The translations under genes were made by a program, and so were the position numbers. From an uncultured Chloroflexia bacterium (GTDB lineage Bacteria; Chloroflexota; Limnocylindria; Limnocylindrales; CSP1-4): a stretch of DNA of 64,000 bases. A model generated the notes under the pieces. The model saw only the letters and a program-made list of their open reading frames with translations, was not told where the DNA came from and did not search any database. Shown in pieces: positions 39,381 to 52,371 of this stretch. Within the stretch, counting starts at the first letter, position 1. Every line of letters begins with the position of its first letter. Where the stretch lies: positions 170,016 to 234,015 of the forward strand of contig CAVWZL010000007.1 of assembly GCA_963759495.1 (NCBI GenBank), written 5' to 3'.

Positions 39381-40046
39381 CGGCGGTCCGGATCGGGATC
39401 TGACCGGGCCGATCGGCTGCGGCAAGTCGACGGTCGCAGGCTGGCTCGGGGAGCTCGGGGCGGTCGTCGTCGATGCCGACCTCGTCGCGCGCCAGGTGAC
39501 CGACCTGCCGGCCGTGGCCGGCGGCAGATCGTGCGAGCGTTTCGGGCCGGTGGTGCTGGCGCGGCGACGGCGGCGCTCGATCGCGCCGCTCTCGGTCGGA
39601 TCGTGTTCGCGGACCCGGCCGCGCTGCGCGACCTCGAGGCGATCGTCCACCCGGCCGTGCGACCGGCGCATCCTCGCGGCGATGGACGGCGCGGCCGGGC
39701 TGCGGGCGCACCGGCCGTCGTCATCGAGGCGATCAAGCTCGTCGAAGGCGGCCTCGCCGAGCTGTGCGACGAGGTCTGGCTCGTGACCTGCGAGGCCTCC
39801 GTCCAGCGCGCCCGGGTCGTGGCGCGGGGTGCAACACCCGCCGACGCCGATGCCCGGATCGCTGCCCAGGCCGGTCTCGCGGAACGGGTCGCGCCCATCG
39901 CGTCGCGCATCGTGGACACGTCGGGCTCCGTCACCGCATCTCGCCATGCGGTGGCGGACGCGTGGTCGGAGCTGATCGACCAACCTGGTTCACAGCAAGA
40001 GGATCCCACTGCCTCCGGGTCGATCACCCCCGTGGAGGGCGCCTAA
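39377..40046 (+). CDS. coaE: dephospho-CoA kinase, frameshifted
   Basis: GTG 39377 overlaps the ABC-F stop (GTGA). Fragments read TGPIGCGKSTVAGWLGELGAVVVDADLVARQV, IVHPAV and VIEAIKLVEGGL...DEVWLVTC. Confidence 0.8.
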
Positions 40047-40640
40047 GAGGACAGGCCCCTCGAGCGGAAACCGTTCGCGGATCGAGTCGTGCTCGCGTAG
40101 GAGCCGCGCGTTGTGCCGGGATAGCAGCAGGAGCAGAACCACCTCGTCGACCCCGGAGTCACGCATCTTGAGGGCGATCCGACGCTCGAGTGCCTGAACA
40201 TCCCGTGGTCGAGTCTCCGCCTCGACCGCCACGATCCAGCCGGGGCCACGGATCACCGCATCCCACGCGCGCTGATCGCGAGGCAAGGGAAGGGGCACCT
40301 CCATGGCCATCGCCAGCGACGGATGGAGGTGTCTTCGGAGCCGGGCAAGCAACGCCGAGTGCGCTCCGTCACGAACGGGGTTGCCGCCGGGGTAGAGACG
40401 CGCCGAAAGGTCGAGGCCGACCGCGGCAGCGAAGCGCACCACCTGTTCGAGGGACAGTGTGGTGATGACTCCACGCTCGATGCGGCTCCCCTGAGGCGCC
40501 GAGATCCCCGTGGCCCGAGCTACGTCGCTCAGACTCAGATCACGGTCTATTCTCGCGTCGCGCAGCCCTCTCCCAAGCTCCAACCGAAGGGACCGCGCAC
40601 GCTCGGCGGCCAGGTCTCGAGATCGCGGTCGTGCCGGCAT
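39990..40640 (-). CDS. XRE-family helix-turn-helix protein with an uncharacterised C-terminal domain (possible nuclease-like fold)
   Basis: Intact ORF with the [26 protein letters not shown] and the C-terminal segment [40 protein letters not shown] 40640 is preceded by CACACT plus 6 nt. The 3' end overlaps the coaE 3' end by 57 nt in convergent orientation. Confidence 0.6.
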   Translation of the reverse strand: MPARPRSRDLAAERARSLRLELGRGLRDARIDRDLSLSDVARATGISAPQGSRIERGVITTLSLEQVVRFAAAVGLDLSARLYPGGNPVRDGAHSALLARLRRHLHPSLAMAMEVPLPLPRDQRAWDAVIRGPGWIVAVEAETRPRDVQALERRIALKMRDSGVDEVVLLLLLSRHNARLLREHDSIRERFPLEGPVLLGALHGGDRPGGSGILLL

Positions 40641-40951
40641 GGTGGGAGTGTGGGCACCGGGCATCACCAGCCGATGCACTGGGGCACCCGGATCAGCGTT
40701 TCGCCTGAGGAACGAAACTCGAGGGTGCGTACACGACGAGTGCCACGTTGTGTCGTGCCACGAACCAGGCGCGTCTGCGGAGTCCGATGCTTTCGTCCCG
40801 CGCACGGATCAGGTACGACCGGGGGCTGGGAGCCCGGGGATGCGTGAGTTTCGTTCATGGGGTGAAACGGCGAGGCAGCGGGCCCCCGCCCCGGCCGCCC
40901 ACCGGCGGGCGCTCCCCGGGGTTCCTGACACGTCCTGGCGGGCACTCCGGG

Positions 40952-40957
40952 TATCCT
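40952..40957 (+). promoter_or_regulatory. -10-like hexamer TATCCT, 6 nt upstream of the uvrB GTG
   Basis: The sequence reads ggTATCCTcgttccGTG. Confidence 0.4.
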
Positions 40958-40963
40958 CGTTCC

Positions 40964-43336
40964 GTGCCCGATTTCAATCTCGTCGCCCCGTTCCAGCCGA
41001 CGGGCGACCAGCCGAACGCGATCGAGAAGCTCGTCGACGGCGTCAACCGTGGGCTGCGCCATCAGACGCTCCTCGGCGCCACCGGGACCGGCAAGACGGC
41101 GACCCTCGCCTGGACGATCGCGCAGGTCAACCGCCCGACGCTGGTCCTCGCCCACAACAAGACGCTCGCCGCGCAGCTCTACGCCGAGTTCCGCGAGTTC
41201 TTCCCGGACAACGCCGTCGAGTACTTCGTCTCCTACTTCGACTACTACCAGCCCGAGGCGTACCTGCCCCGGAGCGACACGTACATCGAGAAGGACTCGA
41301 GCCGCAACGACGAGATCGACCGGCTGCGCCACGCCGCGACGCACGCGCTGTTCGAGCGACGCGACGTGATCATCGTGGCCAGCGTCTCGTGCATCTACGG
41401 CCTCGGCGCGCCGGTCGACTACGGGGCGACCGTGCTCAAGCTGCGGGTCGGCGGCAAGTACCGCCGCGACGCCGTGCTGCGCCACCTCGTCGATCTCCAG
41501 TACCAGCGCAACGACCAGGCGCTCCAACGCGCCCGCTTCCGGGTCCGCGGCGACACCCTCGAGCTCCAGCCGGCATCGGAGGACCGCCTCGTCCGGATCG
41601 AGTTCTTCGGCGACGAGGTCGAGCGCATCACCGAGCTCGACCCGCTGACCGGCGAGCTCCTCGCCGAGCGCAAGGAGACGAACGTCTACCCGGCGAGCCA
41701 CTACGTGACGCCGCACGACAAGCTCCAGCGCCGCGATCGTCGGACATCGAGGTCGAGATGGAGGAGCGCGTCGGCCAGCTCGACGCCGAGGGACGTGCGC
41801 TCGAAGGCGCCCGACTCCGCCAGCGGACGACGTTCGATCTCGAGATGATGCGCGAGCTCGGGTACTGCACCGGCATCGAGAACTACTCCGCCACCTGTCG
41901 CGGCGCGAGGCCGGCAGCCGGCCGTGGACGCTGCTCGACTATTTCCCGCCGGACTGGCTGCTCGTCGTCGACGAGTCGCACATGACGATCCCGCAGGTCG
42001 TCGGCATGTACAAGAACGACCGGACGCGGAAGGAGATCCTCGTCGACTTCGGGTTCCGGCTGCCGTCCGCGCTCGACAACCGGCCGCTGACGTTCGAGGA
42101 GTTCGAGACGAGCGTCCACCAGGCGATCTACATGAGCGCGACGCCCGGTCCGTACGAGCTCGAGCGCAGCGAGCGCATCGTCCAGCAGCTCATCCGGCCG
42201 ACCGGCGTCGTCGATCCGCAGATCCGGATCCGGCCGACCGCCAACCAGATCGACGACCTCCTCGACGAGATCCGAACACGCGTCGATCGTGGCGAGCGCG
42301 CCCTCGTCACGACGCTGACCAAGAAGATGGCCGAGGACCTGACCGACTACCTCAAGGAGCTCGGGGTCAAGGTCCAGTACCTCCACAGTGAGGTCGACAC
42401 GCTGGAACGCGTCGCGATCCTGCGCGACCTGCGCCTGGGCGTCTACGACGTGCTCGTCGGCATCAACCTGCTGCGCGAGGGGATCGACCTGCCCGAGGTG
42501 ACGCTCGTCGCGATCCTGGACGCCGACAAGGAAGGCTTCCTGCGGAGCGCCTGGTCGCTGATCCAGATGATCGGCCGGGCCGCGCGGAACATCGGCGGCG
42601 AGGTCGTGATGTACGCCGACAACGTCACCGAGTCGATGCAGGTCGCGATCGAGGAGACCGACCGGCGGCGCGCGGTGCAGGAGGCCTACAACAAGGAACG
42701 CGGGATCGAGCCGACGACGATCGTCAAGGAGATCCACGACCTCAACATGCGGCTGCATGCGGTCGCCGAGATCCGACGATCGTCTACAGCTCCGAACGCT
42801 CCGGCGCCGAGCTGACCGAGGCCGACAAGAAGCAGATCGAGGCGCACATCGCGCGGATGGAGGCCGAGATGCGCTCGGCCGCAAAGGAGCTCGAGTTCGA
42901 AAGGGCGGCTGCGCTGCGCGACGAGATCCAGCAGATCCGGCTTCGGGTGCTGGAGCAGGACGCGTCGATCATCGTGGGCCGCGCGGCCGAGCGGGCCGCG
43001 ACGGGTGGGGGCCTGCAGGGTGCCGCCGAACGTGCCCGCGGACGACGGCGCGACGAGGCACGCGCCGCCTCGCCGGCCATGGAGGTCACGAGCGTCACCG
43101 TCCTCCCGGCCGAGGATGAGCCGAGCCAGACGCTCGACGGCGATCCGCACGGCGAGGGCGACGGCGAACAGGGCACCGCCTCCGACTGGCTGCCGGGGAT
43201 CCGCGATGAGCATGAGGACGAGGCCGGGTGGCAGGCGCGCTGGCTCGAACGGCCGACGTGGGACGTGACCGTCACCCCGAACGTCATCAAGCGAACCGGC
43301 GCACGGCCGCAGCGCTCGGGGGGCCGCCGCCGCTGA
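40964..43336 (+). CDS. uvrB: excinuclease ABC subunit B (3 frameshifts: near 41735, 41888, 42790), with a long C-terminal extension
   Basis: Fragments read [92 protein letters not shown] and the UVR domain [18 protein letters not shown]. Confidence 0.92.
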
Positions 43337-44136
43337 TGGCGCGTTTCCGGACGCACGCGGCCGCCCTGCTCGCGCTCGTCCTGATCAGCGGCTGCGGGGG
43401 TGGTGCCGCTGCGCCGGCGACGGGCGGCGGCTCATCGCCCGAGGTGGCCAGCGCATCGCCAAGCTCCGCGCCGGAGGAGACACCCAGCGCGAGCGAGACA
43501 CCCAGCGAGGAGCCGAGCCCGACGCCGCTGGCGGGCTTCGAGGACTGGAAGGCGATCAACCCGTGGACTGTCGAGATGTCCGTCGACGACGATGGGGCGC
43601 TGCGGATGGACCTCATCACGCGCGCCTTGTGGTTCGACAGCTCCCGCGGCGCATTGCTCTATCGCGAGATCACGGGTGACTTCGTGGCCACGGCCACCGT
43701 TCGAACCGCCACTCGGTCGGATCCCACGGCGCCGCTCCCGAGCAACGGCATCGTGCAGCTGGGCGGTTTGATGGCGCGCGGCGACGAGGCGAGCGAGAAC
43801 TACGTCTTCATCGTCGTCGGCAACGACGCCACGGGCCCCGTGGTCGAGACGAAGTCGACCGTCAACAGCCGCAGCACCTGGGAAGGACCCGACTGGACCG
43901 GGTCGGATGCCGAGCTGCGTCTGTGCCGGCTCGGGACGACCTTTCGGCTCTACAAGCGTCCCGCGGACAGCGACGCGGCGTGGGCGCTCGCGGCCGAGAT
44001 CGACCGGCCGGACCTTCCCGAGGAGCTGCAGGTCGGCGCCAACATCTATTCGGATCAACAACCCGACCTCACCGTCCGGTGGGAGGGCCTGGAGATCCGC
44101 CAGGGCGATCCGGGGAACGACTGCCCGGCGACCTGA
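43336..44136 (+). CDS. lipoprotein of unknown function (possibly a beta-sandwich/lectin-like fold)
   Basis: ATG 43336 overlaps the uvrB stop (TGATG). It has a lipobox (LVLISGC) and a Ser/Pro/Glu-rich linker. Intact 266 codons. Confidence 0.65.
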   Translation: MARFRTHAAALLALVLISGCGGGAAAPATGGGSSPEVASASPSSAPEETPSASETPSEEPSPTPLAGFEDWKAINPWTVEMSVDDDGALRMDLITRALWFDSSRGALLYREITGDFVATATVRTATRSDPTAPLPSNGIVQLGGLMARGDEASENYVFIVVGNDATGPVVETKSTVNSRSTWEGPDWTGSDAELRLCRLGTTFRLYKRPADSDAAWALAAEIDRPDLPEELQVGANIYSDQQPDLTVRWEGLEIRQGDPGNDCPAT

Positions 44137-44158
44137 TCCCCACCGTGGGTCGACCGGC

Positions 44159-44164
44159 TACAGT
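44159..44164 (+). promoter_or_regulatory. -10-like hexamer TACAGT, 6 nt upstream of the pyk GTG
   Basis: The sequence reads gcTACAGTcgcgtcGTG. Confidence 0.4.
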
Positions 44165-44170
44165 CGCGTC

Positions 44171-45592
44171 GTGGACGCGCCCCGGCATCTCCGGAACACG
44201 AAGCTGGTCTGCACGATCGGTCCGGCCAGCCACGACCTCGTGCCCGAGCTTGTCGAGGCCGGCATGGACGTCGCCCGGCTCAACTTCTCGCATGGCTCCC
44301 CGGCGTCGCGGGCGGCGTCCGCCGAACGCGTCCGTGCTGCCGCCGCGGCCGTGGCACGACCGGTCGCGGTCCTCGCCGATCTTGCCGGCCCCAAGATCCG
44401 GCTGGGCGAGATCACCGGCGGCGAGATGCAGCTCGAGGCCGGCCGCCCGTTCACGCTGCGCGCGACGACGGGACGACGAGCGGGAGACGCGACCGGCGCC
44501 GGGGTGACGTACGGCCGGCTCGGGAAGGACGTCCGGCCCGGCGATCGAATCCTGCTTGGCGGACGGGGCCGCAGAGCTGCGGGTCGAATCGGTCGGCGAC
44601 GTGGTTGCGACCGTGATCGTCCGGGGCGGGACGGTCCGATCGCGCGCCGGCGTCAGCATCCCCTCGGAGCGGATCACGACGCCACCGCTGACGGCCAAGG
44701 ATCGAGCGGATGTTCCGCGGGCCCTGGAGCTTGGTGCCGACATCGTCGCGCAGTCGTTCGTCCGGAAGCCCGACGACATCCGCCTGCTGCGAACGCTGCT
44801 CGGACGGGACGCGCCACCGATCGTTGCCAAGATCGAGACGCGGGCCGCGATCGACGCCTTCGACGGGATCCTCGAGGAGGCGGATGCCGTGATGATCGCC
44901 CGCGGCGACATGGGCGTGGAGCTGCCGTATGAGGAGGTGCCGATCATCCAGAAGCAGCTCGTCCGGCGCGCCCTGGATCGGGGGATCCCCACGATCGTCG
45001 CGACCCAGATGCTCGAGTCGATGCTCTCCTCGCCGCGACCGACCCGGGCGGAGGCGAGCGACGTGGCCAACGCGGTGTTCGACGGCGCGGACGCGATCAT
45101 GCTCTCCGGCGAGACCGCCGTCGGGCAGATCCGATCCTGGCGGCTGAGGCTGCGGTCCGGATCGCCCGGCTGTGCGAGGAGCGTGGTGGCGAACACCTCG
45201 CCGCCGGCGCCCCCGCCTCGGCGAACACCGACGCAGGTGCCCTTGCCTACGCCGCTGTGGCGCTGGTCCGAGCCGAGCCCGGGGTCGCCGGGATCGCCTG
45301 CTACACGAGGACCGGCCGGACGGCACGCATGCTCGCCTCGCTTCGGCCGGGCGTGCCGATCTTCGCGTTCTCGCCCAACCACACGGTCGTCTCGCGCCTG
45401 GCCCTCGTGCATGGCGTGCAACCGTGGTCCTGTCTGCCTCCCGAGGGCTCGGCCGGGCGCCTCGGGCTCATGGCGTGGCTGCTGGCTGAGGCGAACGTGG
45501 TGCCGGCCGGCGCCCCTGTCGTGCTCGTTGCCTCGACCGCTCAGCCCGGCACGGGCCCGAACGCCCTCGAGGTGCATCGGATCCCGGGATGA
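44171..45592 (+). CDS. pyk: pyruvate kinase (2 frameshifts near 44560 and 45130)
   Basis: Fragments read KLVCTIGPAS, MDVARLNFSHG, LADLAGPKIR, IVAKIETRAAIDAFDGILEEADAVMIARGDMGVE, TIVATQMLESM and ASDVANAVFDGADAIMLSGETAVG. Confidence 0.9.
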
Positions 45593-46717
45593 CCGACCCG
45601 ACACCACTGCGGCTCTGGCTCGAGCCCGGCTACGACCACGGCCGTTTCGGGGTCTGGCTGCTCGATCTGCCCGGCGCCTTTGGGTGGGCACCCACGAGGG
45701 AGCAGGCCATCTCGCAGGCGCCCTCGGCCGCCGGCTGGTACCGGGACTGGGCGGCGCGGCATGGCGAGCCCATCGACATGGTCATCGGCCCCACGGAGAT
45801 CATGGAAGAGGTCCCTGTCACGACGGCGGACGGCCACGAGCGATTCGCGACGTTCGCCGCCGATCGAGAGCCCGTCGCGAGGGACGAGCTCGAGACGGCG
45901 GTCCGTCGCCTGGGCCATGCCCGGGACGACCTCATCGCGGTTCTCGAGAGCGTCGAGCGCCTCGCGCCGAACGACGCCGCGACTGCCGAGCTCCTCCGCC
46001 ACGTGGCCCGCACCGAGGTCTGGCTCGCCAGCCGGCTCGACCCTGCGGCGCGGTTCCCGAGTGCGGACCTCGAGGCGGATCCACGACCCCTTCTGGCCGC
46101 CACGCGGTATCTGGGCCGTCGATCAGGTTCAAGAGCAGCACGCCCGAGACCCGAACGCGTCCCGGGAGGACAGCCGGGGCGAGACGTGGACGCTGCGCAA
46201 GGTGGTGCGCCGGCTGCTGTACCACTCGATCGATCACCTGCGCGAGCTGGACGGCCGGCTCGCCCGGCTGGAGGGACGCGTGGAGCGGCTCGACTACCGG
46301 CTCGACCGGCTGGCCGACGTCGGCCCGCTCGCGCGCCTGTTGCGCTCGGTCGGCTGGGACCGCCGGACGCTCGATCCCGATCGCCTCCAGCGAGCGATCG
46401 ACGGGACCGGGCGCATGGCCGGCGCGTGGGACGGTGACGAGCTCGTCGGGTTCGCGCGAGACCTCGGTGACGGCGTCTTCACGGGGCACATCTCGATGGT
46501 CGTCATCGACCCGCGCTGGCAGGGGCAGGGGATCGGGACGCGCCTGATCCGGGAGCTCATCGAGCCCCTCCCCGACGTGCGGTTCTCGCTCGGTGTCGCG
46601 GGCGGCCTGCACGGGTACTACGAGCGGCTCGGCTTCGAGCGTGATGCAAGCGCCATGGTTCGGCGGCCCAGCGGCTGGCGATCCGAGCCGGTTCGCCATG
46701 AGCCGCCGAACGGCTAG
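45589..46717 (+). CDS. three-module protein: HicB/UPF0150-like N-terminus + DinB-like helical bundle + GNAT acetyltransferase (1 frameshift near 46080)
   Basis: The ATG overlaps the pyk stop (ATGA). The HicB-like segment is [31 protein letters not shown]. The DinB-like segment is [23 protein letters not shown]. The GNAT segment is [40 protein letters not shown]...YYERLGF. Confidence 0.6.
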
Positions 46718-46746
46718 AACGCCTGTTCCAAACCGGCAGCGGCCCG

Positions 46747-46752
46747 TATACT
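46747..46752 (+). promoter_or_regulatory. -10-like hexamer TATACT, 9 nt upstream of the uvrA ATG
   Basis: The sequence reads cgTATACTgggaccgacATG. Confidence 0.35.
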
Positions 46753-46761
46753 GGGACCGAC

Positions 46762-49861
<3,100 letters not shown>

Positions 49862-49875
49862 ACGCGAGCGACGCG

Positions 49876-49881
49876 TACCAT
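49876..49881 (+). promoter_or_regulatory. -10-like hexamer TACCAT, 6 nt upstream of ATG 49888
   Basis: The sequence reads cgTACCATtcgcccATG. Confidence 0.4.
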
Positions 49882-49887
49882 TCGCCC

Positions 49888-50334
49888 ATGCCCGACATCG
49901 ACTTCGCGTTCCTCGCCGACGCGGCCGAGACCCTGCCCGGTCAGAAGTTCCATGTGCTCGGCGGTGGAGTGGCACGCATCGGCGGTCGTACCTTCCCGCT
50001 GCGGCATCCGCACGTGGCCCTCGTCATCGGTCTTCGAGTGACCGCACCCGAGACCGACCGCGAGCACGAGATCCGGTTCGTCCTGCTCGATCCCGATGGC
50101 GCCGAGGTTGCCGGCGCGACCGGGAGCCTCGTCGCCCGGAGCCAGCGCGACGGGCGCGACGCGGTGCTCACGTTCTCGATCGACCTGTGGAACCTGACCT
50201 TCCCGGCGCCCGGCGACTACTCCTTCCGGATCCTGGTCAACGGCTCCGAACGCAAGCGCCTGCCATTGCTCCTGCTCAAGCCGGCCGCGGCTGAGGGCGC
50301 GAGCGGCACCGGCACCCAACCCGGCGATGCCTGA
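49888..50334 (+). CDS. hypothetical protein (resembles an uncharacterised all-beta family I recall as DUF6941; memory-based)
   Basis: Intact 148 codons reading [31 protein letters not shown]...[17 protein letters not shown]. Confidence 0.6.
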   Translation: MPDIDFAFLADAAETLPGQKFHVLGGGVARIGGRTFPLRHPHVALVIGLRVTAPETDREHEIRFVLLDPDGAEVAGATGSLVARSQRDGRDAVLTFSIDLWNLTFPAPGDYSFRILVNGSERKRLPLLLLKPAAAEGASGTGTQPGDA

Positions 50335-50384
50335 ACCGGCGTCGCGCGCGGCGCGCGGCCCAGCCCGGCACGAGCTCCCGGCCA

Positions 50385-50669
50385 TTGACGACCTTGGTCT
50401 CGCCGCGGCCCGTGCATGCGGATCGGCTGCTCGCCGCGGCGAAGGAGCGTGGCGCGAGCCGCTGGGAGACCTACCTGGAGCCGTTGCCGGATCGCCTCCG
50501 CGACGAGGAGCCAGGCGGGCTCTGGTCGGTGGCTGCCCGGGCTCGAGCGGCGTACGGGCCGAAGGATTCGATCCGCGATGCGCTGCCCGCAGACCTCACG
50601 GAACCGTTTCTCGACGCCATCGATCGCCTGATGCGCGAGCTCGCCCGGGAGCGGAACCGGCGCCGCTAG
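50385..50669 (+). CDS. small hypothetical protein (start uncertain)
   Basis: Intact 94-codon ORF with a plausible helical composition (RWETYLEPLPDRLRDEEPGGLW...FLDAIDRLMRELARERNRRR). Confidence 0.4.
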   Translation: MTTLVSPRPVHADRLLAAAKERGASRWETYLEPLPDRLRDEEPGGLWSVAARARAAYGPKDSIRDALPADLTEPFLDAIDRLMRELARERNRRR

Positions 50670-50688
50670 GCTTTCGCGGTTGCCGGGC

Positions 50689-52308
50689 TCAGGCCGCGGT
50701 CGCTTCCAGTCCCAGCTCCTCGTCGCTGAACGCCTCACGCAGGAACATGGACGGGTTCGCCGGGTCGTAGACAAGCGTGAGCGTCCGACGCGCCCGGGTC
50801 CACGCCACATACCCGAGCCGCCGTTCCTCCTCGAGCGCCCGGCGCGGGTCCTCGGCCTGCTGCACCGACCGCGCGCTCGGGAACCGCCCGTCTCGAGGCC
50901 GATGACGAGCGACGTGATCGAACTCGAGGCCCTTGGTGGCGTGGGCGGTGGCGAGGCTGAACGGCGCGTCGTCTCGACGCAGCTCCAGCAGGCGCGCTCG
51001 GGTCGCCCGCACGGCGGCGGCGAACGTGACGAGGGCCCGGAACGGCGCCGCCCACCCGAGCATCGCGGTCACGAGCGCGGCCTCCTCCCTCGACCCGGCC
51101 TCGTGCCGCACGCGTTGGAGCGCGACCAGCAACGGAATGCGCGCGGTGCCCACGCCGGCAACCCGCTCGAGGACCTCGTCGACGAGCGGCGATTCCACGA
51201 GCAGCTCGATCCGTGGTGCGCGGAACGGCCAGCCGAGGTCGATCGCGACCGCAACCGCCGGCAGGAGCTCCCGGTTGGTCCGGGCGAGGACCGCGCGGGT
51301 GCTGCCGTCGTCGGGCCAGGTGTCGAGGACGCGGCGGATCCGCACGGTCTCCTCTCCGGCGTCGGGCGCCAGCACCAGCCTGCCCTGTGCGCGCGTCCCT
51401 GCCCGGATCGTCTTCACGAACCGTTCCTCGTTGTGCTCCACGAGGCGGACCGCCCGTTCGACGATCGGCGCAGGACAGCGATGGTTCACCTCGAGATCGA
51501 CCCGGCGCAGCCCGGGAAGGACGGCCGAGAGCCCGAGGACCCTGCGCACGTCAGCCAGCCGCCAGCCGTAGATGCTCTGGTCGTCGTCGCCAACGAAGAA
51601 CACGCGATTCGCGGGGGACGCGAGCAACAGGGCCAGCTTCAGCTGGGTGGTGTCGACGTCCTGCACCTCGTCGACGAGCAGCTCCCGGCAGCGCTCGCGC
51701 CACCGGGCGAGCACGATCGGCTCGGCTTCGAGGAGCGCGATCGCCCGGAGCACCAGGTCGTCGAAGTCGAGCCCACCCGTCGCCGCCACCGCTCGCTCGT
51801 AGGCGACGAAGGCCCGTGCGGTCGGGCCTGCATCCGGGTCCGCCGCGACCTCCTCGGCGCGCACGTTGAGCTCGAGCTTCAGCCGTGAGATCGCCGTGTC
51901 GAGCCTGAGCCGCTCCGCGTCGTCGGCGGCGGGGATCAGCCGGCGGAGGACGGCGTCACGATCCGCCAGCGGCTCGACGGGAACGCCCGCGTCGCGCAGG
52001 ATCTCGCGCCCGAGCGCGTGGAAGGTGCGCACCGCGACGGTCCCTGGTGCCACACCGATCTCGGCGACGGCCGCGTCGAGCCGTTCGGTCATCTCCTCGG
52101 CGGCCCGCTTGTTGAACGTGATCGCGCGGATCGAGGCTGCCGGCGTTCCCGTGGCGATGAGCCACGCCGCCCGAGCGACGAGGGTCGTCGTCTTCCCCGA
52201 TCCGGCCGGCGCGACGCACAGCAACGGGCCGGACGGCGCCGTGGCGGCAGCGCGCTGGTCCGCCGCAAGACGGGCAAGACGATCGACAACCGGCTGTGGC
52301 AGATCCAC
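50689..52308 (-). CDS. UvrD/REP-type SF1 DNA helicase (short form, about 540 aa), intact
   Basis: The Walker A motif is APAGSGKTTTLV. Other motifs are DEVQD, FFVGDDDQSIYGWRLA, NHRCP, TAHATKGLEFDHV and LGYVAWTRARRTLTLV. GTG 52308 is preferred as the start because TACGGT plus 6 nt precedes it. The track ORF extends to 52371. Confidence 0.85.
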   Translation of the reverse strand: MDLPQPVVDRLARLAADQRAAATAPSGPLLCVAPAGSGKTTTLVARAAWLIATGTPAASIRAITFNKRAAEEMTERLDAAVAEIGVAPGTVAVRTFHALGREILRDAGVPVEPLADRDAVLRRLIPAADDAERLRLDTAISRLKLELNVRAEEVAADPDAGPTARAFVAYERAVAATGGLDFDDLVLRAIALLEAEPIVLARWRERCRELLVDEVQDVDTTQLKLALLLASPANRVFFVGDDDQSIYGWRLADVRRVLGLSAVLPGLRRVDLEVNHRCPAPIVERAVRLVEHNEERFVKTIRAGTRAQGRLVLAPDAGEETVRIRRVLDTWPDDGSTRAVLARTNRELLPAVAVAIDLGWPFRAPRIELLVESPLVDEVLERVAGVGTARIPLLVALQRVRHEAGSREEAALVTAMLGWAAPFRALVTFAAAVRATRARLLELRRDDAPFSLATAHATKGLEFDHVARHRPRDGRFPSARSVQQAEDPRRALEEERRLGYVAWTRARRTLTLVYDPANPSMFLREAFSDEELGLEATAA

Positions 52309-52314
52309 GCCGGC

Positions 52315-52320
52315 ACCGTA
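52315..52320 (-). promoter_or_regulatory. -10-like hexamer TACGGT, 6 nt upstream of the helicase GTG 52308
   Basis: The minus strand reads cgTACGGTgccggcGTG. Confidence 0.4.
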
Positions 52321-52351
52321 CGGATCGGCGCTTGTCCGGCCATGCACGGAA

Positions 52352-52371
52352 GTGGTGCAGGACTGCACCAC
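52352..52371. promoter_or_regulatory. near-perfect 20-bp palindrome GTGGTGCAG-GA-CTGCACCAC (candidate operator)
   Basis: Read directly from the sequence. The half-site GGTGCAG recurs at 52395-52401 and 52420-52426 in the same intergenic region. Confidence 0.4.

Noticed and set aside
40806-40963. LexA/SOS boxes upstream of uvrB. I also looked upstream of uvrA (46718-46761), dnaE (18304-18554) and the helicase.
   Set aside because: I could find neither the Gram-positive type GAAC-N4-GTTC nor the actinobacterial TCGAAC-N4-GTTCGA pattern in these regions. The nearest look-alikes have wrong spacing or orientation. These are GTTC-N7-GAAAC at about 40850, and CGAAC-G-GTTCG inside ligA at about 4070.
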